Below, in pieces: positions 27,522 through 41,205 of a DNA stretch of 43,154 nt (position 1 is the stretch's first letter; the number at the start of each line of letters is the position of its first letter). A program made the translations under genes and the position numbers. The notes beneath the pieces were generated by a model that made no database searches, was not told the origin of the DNA, and saw only the letters and a list, made by a program, of their open reading frames with translations. This stretch comes from an uncultured Gemmatimonadota bacterium (lineage in GTDB: Bacteria; GCA-2686955), in the NCBI GenBank assembly GCA_964490075.1, contig CAZBBK010000047.1, positions 1-43,154 on the forward strand, written 5' to 3'.

Positions 27522-28202
27522 GTGAGCCAACGAGGAACTCTCGGATCCGGACTCTCCGGTCCAGTGATCTTCCTGATCGTGGTGATCTCTACGCTCGCCT
27601 TCCTGTTCTGGGGCGGCCCCCTGTGGAGCGCGCCACAGCAGGCGACACATCTGTCGCGGATCGTGGGATCCTACGCTGCGGTGATCCCCTTCGCGGCGGT
27701 CGCGCTGATCAGCGTCGGGCGCTTCAGCATCGCTCGCCTGACCACCGCGACCGCCCTGGTCTGGGTGGCGAAGATGCTGGTCACCGCCACGCTGTGGATG
27801 TTCATTGCGCCCGGCACCGCATCGCGCTATCAGCCGGCGCCGGTGCGGGAGCGAGCCGAGCGCCGCGGATCTGGAGGGCGGCATCTGTCGGCCGCCACGG
27901 CGGAAAGCGCGGGCAGCTTGGTGAGGCTGGAGATCGGCGACGAGGGATTCGGAGAGAAATCGTTGCGCGTGCGGCCCGGCGATCGCTTGAAGATCCTCAA
28001 TACAGGATCTGAGCTGCACACCGTGCATCTCTTTTCCGGCGCCCAGACTTTTGAAAATGTGCCGCTGCCGGCTTCGGGCGGTGCTCATCTGATCGAAATC
28101 GATGAGCCGGGGCACTACACAATTCGTTGCGACATACACACAGGTTCTGAGCTGAAGCTCGTTGTCGGGGCTTCGGATGTCATCGATGCGGAGGTTGAAT
28201 GA
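27522..28202 (+). CDS. Membrane protein (about 3 TM) with C-terminal cupredoxin domain
   Basis: Hydrophobic helices, then VRPGDRLKILN...LHTVH...PGHYTIRCDIH; start GTG 27522 chosen from a GAAGGA RBS (27462/27471 possible). Confidence 0.75.
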   Translation: MSQRGTLGSGLSGPVIFLIVVISTLAFLFWGGPLWSAPQQATHLSRIVGSYAAVIPFAAVALISVGRFSIARLTTATALVWVAKMLVTATLWMFIAPGTASRYQPAPVRERAERRGSGGRHLSAATAESAGSLVRLEIGDEGFGEKSLRVRPGDRLKILNTGSELHTVHLFSGAQTFENVPLPASGGAHLIEIDEPGHYTIRCDIHTGSELKLVVGASDVIDAEVE

Positions 28203-29101
28203 GCATGAAAGCTCTCGAGTTGGGCATGGTGGCCCTCCTTCTGACGCTGTGGGGCTGCGAGGCGGACCCCTGGGGTCCGGAGGAGCTCTTCCTCGGGAAG
28301 AGCTCCGCGGAGCAGCATCAGCTTCGCAAGGGGCGCGAGGTCTACGGCACCTATTGTGTCGGTTGCCACGGAGAAGAGGGCGACGGCAAGGGGCCCGCGG
28401 CGCGTTTCCTGGATCCGAAGCCGCGCGACTTCAGCAAGGGTCTGCTGAAGTTCGCCGCGGTGGCCTCCGGGGAGGGACCGCGCGACGAGGACTACTTGCG
28501 GGTTCTCGATCACGGCCTCTCGGGCACCGCGATGCCGGAGTTCTCGCTCTTGACTTCCACAGAGAAGAAGGCTGTGGTGGCCTACGTGAAGGGTTTCTAC
28601 CCCGACTGGGGCGAGGAGACCGCGGGCGGCGAGATCAGCGCCGGCGCCGATCCCTGGGAGGGCGACCTGGTCGCCGCGATCGAGGAGGGGCAGCGCGTCT
28701 ATCACGGCTACGCCAAGTGCTGGTCCTGCCATCCCGCATATGTCTCCCGCGAGAAGATGCGCACCATTCACTCCGAGATGGGTCTGGGCCAGCCGCCCTT
28801 CCGCCCCGATCTCTACCAGCCGACGTTCAAGGAGAGCGAGGTCTGGAACGCCGCGATCAAGGCTCCCGACTTTCTGATCGACCGCATGAAGACCGGCGCA
28901 GAGGTCGAGAACCTGGCGCGGGTGATCGCCTCGGGCGTGGGCGGTACGGCCATGCCCACCTGGGGCCAGGCGCTGGAATCGGAGCAGCTCTGGGGTCTCG
29001 CCTACTACGTGAGCTCGCTGGCCCGGCAAAGAGGCGGCGATGCCGGTGCAGCGATGATGGATCGGCTGCGAGCGGCGGATTCCACCGAAAGGGGTGAGTG
29101 A
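28199..29101 (+). CDS. Diheme c-type cytochrome, probable lipoprotein (CcoP-like role)
   Basis: Lipobox-like LWGC; CVGCH...GDGKGPAA...PKPRDF...GTAMP; CWSCH...GTAMPTW. Confidence 0.88.
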   Translation: MSMKALELGMVALLLTLWGCEADPWGPEELFLGKSSAEQHQLRKGREVYGTYCVGCHGEEGDGKGPAARFLDPKPRDFSKGLLKFAAVASGEGPRDEDYLRVLDHGLSGTAMPEFSLLTSTEKKAVVAYVKGFYPDWGEETAGGEISAGADPWEGDLVAAIEEGQRVYHGYAKCWSCHPAYVSREKMRTIHSEMGLGQPPFRPDLYQPTFKESEVWNAAIKAPDFLIDRMKTGAEVENLARVIASGVGGTAMPTWGQALESEQLWGLAYYVSSLARQRGGDAGAAMMDRLRAADSTERGE

Positions 29102-30513
29102 TCATGGCAAACGCGACCGTCCAGTCCGGCCCCCCGCTGATCGACCGCCCCATCATCAAGGCGCATGTGATCGCTGGCTTCGTCTACTTCCTCGCCGCGG
29201 TCTTCGCGGGGATGTTCTACGCGCTGCAGTTCAGCCGCATCTACCCCTTCCCGGGAATCGAAGTTCTCTCGCCCGGGCGTATGCGGATGCTGCACACCAA
29301 CGCCGTTGCGTTCGGATTTCTGATCAACCTCTTTATCGCCGTGGTCTACTGGTCGATCCCTCGGCTCACCGGATTCCGCGTGCTCTCCGCGCAGCTCTCG
29401 CGCCTGATCTTCGTCGCCTGGCAGTTGATCGTGGCCGCGGCGGCGGTCGGAATTCTCGGCGGCGAGGCGCAGGCCATCGAGTGGGGTGAGACACCCATTT
29501 GGATCGATCACTTCGCGGTGGTTGGCGTGGCGCTGCTGGTGGCCAACATCTTCGTCCCGGTGCTCAAGGCCCGCGGCAAGAACCTCTACGTGACCTTGTG
29601 GTACTTCGGCGCGATGATGATCTGGACCCCGCTGGTCTACATCATGGGGAACTACCTGCCCCAGTACTTCGTTCCCGGCGCCGGTGGCGCCGCGCTGACC
29701 GGCCTCTACATCCACGACCTGGTCGGTCTGACGGTGACGCCGCTGGGTTGGGGCATGATGTACTACTTCGTGCCGGTGCTCTTGAAGAAGCCGATCTGGA
29801 GTCACGCACTGTCGATTCTGGGCTTTTGGGGCCTTGCCTTCTTCTACCCGCTGAACGGCGTCCATCACTTTTTCTACAGCCCGATTCCGATGTATGCCCA
29901 GTACGGCGCCGTGGTATCGACGATCGCCGTGGAGATCGTGGTGTTCACGGTGATCGTGAACTTCTTCATGACGCTGCGCGGACGCGGAGATCTGTTGCGT
30001 ACCAATTTGGCGGTGCGCTGGTTCTTTGCCGGCATGGTCTTCTACTTCATCACCTGCCTGCAGTGCGCATTCCACACCACTTTGACCTTCCAGAAGATCA
30101 TTCACTTCACCGACTGGGTGGTCGGCCACGCGCATCTGGTGATGTTCGGTGTGTTCGGCTTTTGGCTCCTGGGCGGCGTCGTCTACCTGTGGCCGAAGTT
30201 GGTCGGCAGGAAATGGTGGAGCCCGGCGCTCAACTCCTGGAACTTCTGGCTCTCGACGCTGGGGTTGGTGATCATGTTCATCGATCTCTTGGCCGCGGGC
30301 GTGGTGCAGGGCTACATGTGGGCCAACCTCGCGCAGTGGGAGAAGACCCTGATTGCATCGATGCCCTTCTGGCACGCGCGCAGCTTCGCCGGTCTGATGA
30401 TCGTCGCGGGGCAGGTGCTGCAGGCCTACAACATGTGGATGACGGCGCGCCTGGGTCCAAGCTCCGTCGAAGTGTTCTCGGACGCGACCGCCCCCGTGGC
30501 GGCGGCCGGTTGA
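29098..30513 (+). CDS. ccoN: Divergent cbb3-type (C-family) heme-copper oxidase subunit I
   Basis: RMLHTNAVAFGF, YIHDLVG, MYYFVP, FYPLNGVHH, FTDWVVGHAH; about 12 TM helices; followed by ccoO. ATG 29104 is an alternative start. Confidence 0.85.
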   Translation: MIMANATVQSGPPLIDRPIIKAHVIAGFVYFLAAVFAGMFYALQFSRIYPFPGIEVLSPGRMRMLHTNAVAFGFLINLFIAVVYWSIPRLTGFRVLSAQLSRLIFVAWQLIVAAAAVGILGGEAQAIEWGETPIWIDHFAVVGVALLVANIFVPVLKARGKNLYVTLWYFGAMMIWTPLVYIMGNYLPQYFVPGAGGAALTGLYIHDLVGLTVTPLGWGMMYYFVPVLLKKPIWSHALSILGFWGLAFFYPLNGVHHFFYSPIPMYAQYGAVVSTIAVEIVVFTVIVNFFMTLRGRGDLLRTNLAVRWFFAGMVFYFITCLQCAFHTTLTFQKIIHFTDWVVGHAHLVMFGVFGFWLLGGVVYLWPKLVGRKWWSPALNSWNFWLSTLGLVIMFIDLLAAGVVQGYMWANLAQWEKTLIASMPFWHARSFAGLMIVAGQVLQAYNMWMTARLGPSSVEVFSDATAPVAAAG

Positions 30514-30528
30514 GGAGGCGATTCGATC

Positions 30529-31125
30529 ATGGAGAGACTACACACGATTTTGGTGGTCGCGGGGCTGGCCTGTTTCGCGTTTGCCGCTGTGGTCACCGGC
30601 TTCTTGCCGGTGACCCACCTGTCGAACATCGAATACCAGCCGCTCGAGGAGTTGGTGACCAAACCCTCGCTGGAGTTCGTCGATCTGCACCGCCGCTACC
30701 CTGAGCAGTTCGAGCGCCACTACGGCAAGCCGACCGCCGAGTCGTTCAGAGAGGCTCTGCTGGTCGGACGCGACGCCTACATCGCCGAAGCGTGTTGGCA
30801 CTGCCATTCACAGTTCGTGCGGCCGGTGTCGAACGAAGAGCAGCGCTTCGGCAAAGTGTCGTATGCGGCTGAGTATCGCAACGAGATGAATCTGCCGCAC
30901 CTCTTCGGCACCCGGCGCGTCGGTCCCGACCTGATCCGCCAGGCGGGCCGTCACGGCAACGACTGGCACCTGGCGCATTTCTACGATCCCACCCTGGTCA
31001 CCCCGACCTCGGTGATGCCGCGCTACCCCTGGTTCTACGAGGGCGAAGCTCCGAACAAGCGGGGCATCGGCATCGTCAGCTACGTGCAGTGGCTGGGGAG
31101 CTGGGTGGAAGACGAGGAGGGCTGA
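30529..31125 (+). CDS. ccoO: cbb3-type oxidase subunit II (monoheme)
   Basis: GRDAYIAEACWHCHSQFVRP, GTRRVGPDL, WHLAHFYDP, SVMPRYPW. Confidence 0.92.
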   Translation: MERLHTILVVAGLACFAFAAVVTGFLPVTHLSNIEYQPLEELVTKPSLEFVDLHRRYPEQFERHYGKPTAESFREALLVGRDAYIAEACWHCHSQFVRPVSNEEQRFGKVSYAAEYRNEMNLPHLFGTRRVGPDLIRQAGRHGNDWHLAHFYDPTLVTPTSVMPRYPWFYEGEAPNKRGIGIVSYVQWLGSWVEDEEG

Positions 31126-31128
31126 GCG

Positions 31129-31446
31129 ATGTCGGCACTCACGGTCCTGAGAGGAGGCCACCACGTCGATCGCCGCACTCGCGCGGTGTTCGTCTGGAGC
31201 CTGATCGTCGGCCTGGTGCTCTCCGGCCTGGCCTTCGCGCTCAAGGTGGCGGAGTTCATTCAGACCATGTCGAGCGAGGCCGCGCGCGGCTTCGCCGACG
31301 TGCCGGTGACGGTCTATTTCTGTGTCGCCGCCGGCTGGTTGCTGCTGCTCGTGTGGTGTTGGTTGACCGGCAGGTTCAAGGACATGGAGCGTGCCAAGCT
31401 CGAGATGCTCGAGCAGGAGGAGGAGTATGAGCGCCAAGGGATCTGA
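31129..31446 (+). CDS. Two-TM protein with CcoS-like C-terminal motif
   Basis: WCWLTGRFKDMERAK resembles the CcoS W...GQF.D.E motif; lies in the cco operon. Confidence 0.6.
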   Translation: MSALTVLRGGHHVDRRTRAVFVWSLIVGLVLSGLAFALKVAEFIQTMSSEAARGFADVPVTVYFCVAAGWLLLLVWCWLTGRFKDMERAKLEMLEQEEEYERQGI

Positions 31447-31615
31447 CACCGGTGCGTTCCAGGAACGCGACGATGCCCCGACCGAGATGAGCTTCGACAC
31501 CGGCGGCGTGCCTTTCTATGTCGCCATCGTGTGGGTGGTGTTCCTGGTCGCCTACCTGATCTACATGGTGCGCTTCGCGCTCCCGGATCTGTCGGCGTGG
31601 AGCGAGCTCTTCTGA
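31427..31615 (+). CDS. 62-aa single-TM protein resembling a stand-alone CcoP N-terminal helix
   Basis: Strong AGGAGGAG RBS; GGVPFYVAIVWVVFLVAYLIYM. Confidence 0.65.
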   Translation: MSAKGSDTGAFQERDDAPTEMSFDTGGVPFYVAIVWVVFLVAYLIYMVRFALPDLSAWSELF

Positions 31616-31628
31616 GCCCCGGCCCGCG

Positions 31629-33644
31629 ATGGAATGCCGTCACTGCGCCCTGCCCTGCGCCAAGGGAGAGGAATACTGCTGCTACGGGTGTGAGCTGGCA
31701 GCGACGATCGCGGCGGAGGCAGCTCGCGATCATTCGCGGCTGCGCGGGCGGCTGACCTTCGCGGCCCTGTTGACCATGTCGGTCATGATGCTCTCGCTCT
31801 TCCTATATGCCGAGGACATCTACGGCGCCCCGGCGGAGGCCGGGCTGGGGTGGATGCGCGACGCTTATCGGCTGCTCTCGGCCGCCCTGGCAACGCCGGT
31901 GATGGTGCTCTGCGGTGTGCCGCTGGTACGGCGCGCCGCGCGGCGTCTGGCGCGGCGGCGGCTGTCGATGGATGCCCTGATCGCCACTGGCGCCTTCGCC
32001 GCCTATGGCCTCTCGCTCTACGCCATCGTCACCGGTACTACCAAGGTCTACTTCGACAGCGCCACCGCCGCCGTGGTGCTGGCCACCTTTGGCCGCTACC
32101 TGGAGGCCTCCGCGCGGGCCCGGGCGAGTCAGCTCCTGGGGCCCTCGATCGAGGTGGCGCGCGACAGCGCGATGGTGCTGGTCGACGGGCGCGAGCGCGC
32201 TTCGGTCCACGCCGCCCAGATCGAGCCGGGCATGGAGCTCCGGGTCGACGTCGAGCGCGTGGTGCCGGTCGACCTGATGGTCTGCGGCGCGCCGGTCGAG
32301 GTCGACCTCGGAGTGCTTACCGGGGAGTCACGCCCGGTCCGGCGCGATGTCGGCGAAACGGTGCCGGCGGGAGCCGTCGTGGTCTCTGCGCCCCTACGCG
32401 GCATCGCGCTGCGCAGCGCCCGTGAATCGACCCTGGAGCGGCTCGCCGAGCTCTCCCGGTCGCTGCGGGAATCTCCCTCGGCGCTGCTGCGTCTGGCCGA
32501 TCGTTTCGCCACCGCGCTGACGCCCGCGATCTGGCTCGTGGCGCTGGCCACCTTCGCCTACTGGACCCGCGCGTCGGGCGTCGACCAGGGCATCATCGCG
32601 GCGCTGGCGGTGGTGCTGGTCGCCTGTCCCTGCACCTACGCCATCGCCACTCCGCTGGTCCAGTGGCTGACTCTGCGGCGGGCGCTGGCCCAGGGGGTGC
32701 TGGTGCGCGACGCGGCGACCCTCGAGGAGCTGGCCCGCGTCGACCGGGTCGCCTTCGACAAGACCGGCACCCTGACCACCGCGGACGTGCGGGTGAACGA
32801 GATCGTCACCGCGCCGGGCGTCGCACGCGAGGAGGTGCTGGGACTGGTCGCGGCGCTCGAGTCGGGGAGCCGCCACCCGGTGGCTCGCGCCCTGGCGCAG
32901 TGCGCCCAGAGCACGACTCCGGCGGCGTTGCGGGAGCGGCGCTTCGAGACTGGCGCCGGCGTGACCGGGATCGATGACCGTGGGCGTTCGCTCGCGCTCG
33001 GCTCCAGTCGGTTGCTGCTGCGCCTCGGGATCGAAGGATGCGAGCGCGTCTCGCTGGTCCGCGAGGGGTCGGTGCTCGCCACCTTTGCCGTCGGTGAAGA
33101 GATCCGCGCCGAGGCGGCAAAGGCGATCGATCGCCTGCGCAGGGAGGGCATAGATTCGGTGATCCTGACAGGAGACAGTGCCGAGCGCGGGCGGGGAGTC
33201 GGCGCGCGTCTCGACGTTGCGGTGCACGCTGACCTGACGGCCGTGGCCAAGCTGGAGCGGCTGGATGCGCTCGGCCCCCGCACCGCGATGGTCGGAGACG
33301 GCCTCAACGACGCGCCGGCGCTGGCATCCGTCGGTCCCGGCTTCGCCGTCGAGCAGGGCACCGGCTTGGCCCGCGGCATGGCGGCGGTCGGTCTGTTGCG
33401 ATCCGACCTGTGTCTGATCCCCTGGACCCTGGCGCTGGCGCGCCGCTCGACGGCGCTGATTCGCCGTCTCTTGCTCTTCTCGACCGCCTACAACCTGGTG
33501 TTCGTCGCCCTGGCGGCGGCCGGCATGCTGCGACCGGTCTTTGCCGGACTGAGCATGCTGCTCTCCTCGCTGCTCACCCTGGCGGCAGCGGCCAGAATCG
33601 CCGCTTCCCCCGCCCGGACGGCCGCCCAGAACGACCGGGAATGA
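31629..33644 (+). CDS. ccoI: CcoI/FixI-like P1B-type copper ATPase
   Basis: N-terminal CRHC...YCCYGC, TGES, CPC, DKTGT, HP, GDGLNDAPA, YN; located in the cco cluster. Confidence 0.88.
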   Translation: MECRHCALPCAKGEEYCCYGCELAATIAAEAARDHSRLRGRLTFAALLTMSVMMLSLFLYAEDIYGAPAEAGLGWMRDAYRLLSAALATPVMVLCGVPLVRRAARRLARRRLSMDALIATGAFAAYGLSLYAIVTGTTKVYFDSATAAVVLATFGRYLEASARARASQLLGPSIEVARDSAMVLVDGRERASVHAAQIEPGMELRVDVERVVPVDLMVCGAPVEVDLGVLTGESRPVRRDVGETVPAGAVVVSAPLRGIALRSARESTLERLAELSRSLRESPSALLRLADRFATALTPAIWLVALATFAYWTRASGVDQGIIAALAVVLVACPCTYAIATPLVQWLTLRRALAQGVLVRDAATLEELARVDRVAFDKTGTLTTADVRVNEIVTAPGVAREEVLGLVAALESGSRHPVARALAQCAQSTTPAALRERRFETGAGVTGIDDRGRSLALGSSRLLLRLGIEGCERVSLVREGSVLATFAVGEEIRAEAAKAIDRLRREGIDSVILTGDSAERGRGVGARLDVAVHADLTAVAKLERLDALGPRTAMVGDGLNDAPALASVGPGFAVEQGTGLARGMAAVGLLRSDLCLIPWTLALARRSTALIRRLLLFSTAYNLVFVALAAAGMLRPVFAGLSMLLSSLLTLAAAARIAASPARTAAQNDRE

Positions 33645-34384
33645 CGCCCATGGCCGACCTCTCGATCCCCTTCCGACTGCCGATCCCCGGCTGGCCCCGA
33701 GCCACCTTCGAATCCGACTACGGCTACCGCGGCGGCAGGCTGGTGGTCGACCAGCGGCCGGTGCTCGAGGCGGCCACCCGCGACCAGCTTCTGGCCGGGC
33801 GGCGGGGCGCGGTTCCCGGCTCGGACCTGGGAATCTGGATGCGCCTGGCGGTCGACGAGAGCGGTGCCCGGGAGCTGCATGTCGGCGTGGACGGCGCCGA
33901 GGCGCTGCGCGAGGACCGGCTCTCGGCCCCCACCAGCCGCTCGGCCTGGATCCACGCCTGGATCGCCCTCGCGGCGTCGGCCTGCGGCTTCATCGCCAGC
34001 TACCTCTACGTGCTGCGCGCCGCGGCCACCGGCGATCCCTGGCCGCTGAAGATGGCCTATCACATGGCCTCCTGGCACGGGCTGCTCACCCTGACCCTCT
34101 TCCCGGCGTCGGTCTGGGGGCAGCGCGTCGGCATCCGCACGGTGCAGGTGGTGAGCTTCGTCTTCTTCGCGATCCACGTTGGCATCGCGCTGGCGAACCT
34201 GGGGCGCGGCGGAACGATCGATCCCGGCGGCCCAGGCATCGCGACTCTCAACGCCGCCAGCGGGCTGCTCTTTCTGGTCGCCACGATCTATGGCAACCGC
34301 GCCTACTCCGATATGGATCCGGTGCGGGCGCTGATCGCACGGGCGCGGGAGTGGCGCGTGACTCCCGGCGCGAAGCTCCGCTGA
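33641..34384 (+). CDS. Hypothetical protein: soluble N-domain plus 4 TM helices with His residues
   Basis: ATGA overlap with the ccoI stop; WIHAW, YHMASWHG, AIHVG. Confidence 0.7.
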   Translation: MTPMADLSIPFRLPIPGWPRATFESDYGYRGGRLVVDQRPVLEAATRDQLLAGRRGAVPGSDLGIWMRLAVDESGARELHVGVDGAEALREDRLSAPTSRSAWIHAWIALAASACGFIASYLYVLRAAATGDPWPLKMAYHMASWHGLLTLTLFPASVWGQRVGIRTVQVVSFVFFAIHVGIALANLGRGGTIDPGGPGIATLNAASGLLFLVATIYGNRAYSDMDPVRALIARAREWRVTPGAKLR

Positions 34385-34468
34385 CCGACTGGTCCCATCG
34401 CGATTCCGACCTACCATGGCCCGGATCTTGATCCTGGTGTTTCGCCTCCACGAGCGTGAGGAGAGTCG

Positions 34469-37551
<3,083 letters not shown>

Positions 37552-37592
37552 GGTTCGCGCACCTCGAGTCGACCTTCGAGACGGAGGCGAAG

Positions 37593-38780
<1,188 letters not shown>

Positions 38781-38788
38781 GCGGCGCA

Positions 38789-39655
38789 ATGGCTAAGCGG
38801 ATCGCGGTCGTGGGCGCGGGCACGATGGGGCAGGGCATCGCCCGGGTAGCCGCGCAGGTCGGCCACCCGGTCGCTCTCCACGACGCCGACCAAGAGGCGT
38901 TGGCGAAGGCGCTGCGGACCATCGATGCCAGCCTGGAGCGCGGCATCGAGCGCGGCGAGCTGGAGCTGGCCCAGAGGAATGCGGCGCGGCGGCGGATCGA
39001 AGCGAGAGCCGAGCTCGAGGGCGCGCTGTCGGGGGCCGATTTCGTCATCGAGGCGGTGGTCGAGAACCTGGAGGTAAAGCGAGAATTGTTGGCGCGGATC
39101 GAGGATCATGTTGCCGCCGACACTGTTCTGTCCAGCAACACTTCCTCACTGCCGATCGCGCGCCTCGCCGAAGGGTTGCGGCGACCGGATCGGCTGATCG
39201 GCATGCACTTCTTCAACCCGGTACACATCATGCGCCTGGTAGAAATTGTGGTGCATCCAAAGAGCGCCGCCGAGGCGCGCACGCGCACCGTCGAGCTGGC
39301 TCGTGCGCTGGGCAAGGAGCCGATCGTGGTGCGCGACTCGCCCGGTTTCGCGACCAGCCGCCTGGGCGTGGTGCTGGGTCTCGAAGCGATGCGCATGGTC
39401 GAGGCCGAGGTGGCGTCGGCGCAGGACATCGACAAGGCGATGGAGCTCGGCTATCGGCATCCGATGGGCCCATTGCGGCTCAGCGACCTGGTCGGGCTCG
39501 ACGTGCGCCTGGCGATCGCCGAGACCCTGCACCGGGAGCTCGGCGGCGAACAGTATCGGCCGCCCGCGATCCTGCGCGACAAGGTGGCGCGCGGCGAGCT
39601 GGGACGCAAGAGCGGGCGGGGCTTCTACGCCTGGCCCGAGGAGGCGGGCAGATGA
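38789..39655 (+). CDS. 3-hydroxyacyl-CoA dehydrogenase (likely 3-hydroxyadipyl-CoA)
   Basis: GAGTMGQG, EAVVE, SNTSS, GMHFFNP, HPMGP, GRKSGRGFY. Confidence 0.93.
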   Translation: MAKRIAVVGAGTMGQGIARVAAQVGHPVALHDADQEALAKALRTIDASLERGIERGELELAQRNAARRRIEARAELEGALSGADFVIEAVVENLEVKRELLARIEDHVAADTVLSSNTSSLPIARLAEGLRRPDRLIGMHFFNPVHIMRLVEIVVHPKSAAEARTRTVELARALGKEPIVVRDSPGFATSRLGVVLGLEAMRMVEAEVASAQDIDKAMELGYRHPMGPLRLSDLVGLDVRLAIAETLHRELGGEQYRPPAILRDKVARGELGRKSGRGFYAWPEEAGR

Positions 39656-41205
39656 CCGAGATCCAGTCGTTCCTGGAAGAGCGGTGGCAGTCGGGCCGGG
39701 GGACGGGGAGCACACTCTGCGATCCGACCAGCGAGCGGCCGATCGCCACGGCCCGCACCGAGGGGCTCGACCTGGCCGGGGCGCTGAGCGCGGCTCGCGA
39801 GCGGGGCGGGCCGGCGCTGCGTGCGCTGAGCTTCGCCGAGCGCGGCGAGCTCTTGCGGGCGCTGAGCGCGGCGCTGCGCGATGCCCGCGAGGAGCTGCTC
39901 GATCTCTCCGTGGCGAGTTGCGGCACCACCCGTTCCGACGCCAAGTTCGACGTCGACGGGGCGATCTTCACCCTGGCCGCCTACGCCGAGCTGGGCGCTG
40001 GCCTCGGTGCGCGCCGCTTCCTGGTCGAGGGGGAGGGGGAGCGGCTGACCCGCTCGCCGCGCTTCCTCGGCTACCACATCCGCGTGCCGAAACGCGGCGT
40101 GGCGGTGCACATCAACGCCTTCAACTTCCCAGCCTGGGGGATGGCCGAGAAGGCGGCGGTGGCGCTCCTGGCCGGCGTTCCGGTGGTCACCAAGCCGGCC
40201 ACCAGCACCGCGCTGCTGGCGCATCGGCTGATGCGGGTGGTGGCCGAGTGCGGCGCGCTGCCCGAGTCGAGCTGGCAATTCGTCGGCGGCGCGGCCGGCG
40301 ATCTGCTCGACCATCTGGGCGGCCAGGACGTGGTCGCCTTCACCGGCAGCGCCGCCACCGCGAATTGGCTGCGCCGCACCCCCAGCATCGTCGAGCATTC
40401 GGTGCGTCTCAACGTCGAGGCCGACAGTCTCAACGCCGCGCTCCTGCTCCCCGCGGTGCACGACGACACCTACCAGATGTTCCTGCGCGACGTGGTGAAG
40501 GAGATGACCCAGAAGAGCGGTCAGAAGTGCACCGCGACGCGACGCATCCTGGTGCCCGAGGACGATCTGGAGCGCGTGGAGGGAGATCTTAGAGAGCGCC
40601 TGGCGGCGATCAAGGTGGGGGATCCTCGGCGTGACGACGTGCAGGTGGGACCCTTGGCGACCCGCGCCCAGCTCGAGGACGCGCGGGCCGGCATCGGCGA
40701 GCTGGTCGAGTCGGGCGCCCGCATCGTGTTCGGCGATCCCGAGCGGGTCGAGGCGCTCGGTGTCGAGCCGGGACAGGGCTGCTTCCTGGGGCCGGTGCTG
40801 CTGCGCGCCGACGCACCCCACGACGTTCCCGCGGTCCACGCCCGCGAGGTGTTCGCACCGGTGGCGACCCTGATGGGCTACCGGACTGCCGACGAAGCCG
40901 CCGCGCTGGTGGCGCTCGGCGGGGGCGGGCTCTTGTGCTCGATCTACAGTGACGACGGCTCGCTCACCGGCGAGCTGATCGAGAGCCTGGCACCCTTCTC
41001 GGGTCGTCTCTTCATCGGCGGCGCCAAGGTCGCCGACCTGGCTCCCACGCCGGGCACCGTGCTGCCGAGCTGCGTACACGGCGGACCGGGGCGGGCCGGC
41101 GGCGGCGAAGAGCTCGGCGGCCTGCGCGGGCTCGACCTCTACACCCAGCGCACGGCGATCCAGGGCGACCGCGGCGTGCTGGACCGGTTACTCGGGCTGC
41201 GCTGA
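39652..41205 (+). CDS. boxD: 3,4-dehydroadipyl-CoA semialdehyde dehydrogenase (PaaZ-type ALDH)
   Basis: [43 protein letters not shown]; in the box cluster. Confidence 0.88.
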   Translation: MTEIQSFLEERWQSGRGTGSTLCDPTSERPIATARTEGLDLAGALSAARERGGPALRALSFAERGELLRALSAALRDAREELLDLSVASCGTTRSDAKFDVDGAIFTLAAYAELGAGLGARRFLVEGEGERLTRSPRFLGYHIRVPKRGVAVHINAFNFPAWGMAEKAAVALLAGVPVVTKPATSTALLAHRLMRVVAECGALPESSWQFVGGAAGDLLDHLGGQDVVAFTGSAATANWLRRTPSIVEHSVRLNVEADSLNAALLLPAVHDDTYQMFLRDVVKEMTQKSGQKCTATRRILVPEDDLERVEGDLRERLAAIKVGDPRRDDVQVGPLATRAQLEDARAGIGELVESGARIVFGDPERVEALGVEPGQGCFLGPVLLRADAPHDVPAVHAREVFAPVATLMGYRTADEAAALVALGGGGLLCSIYSDDGSLTGELIESLAPFSGRLFIGGAKVADLAPTPGTVLPSCVHGGPGRAGGGEELGGLRGLDLYTQRTAIQGDRGVLDRLLGLR

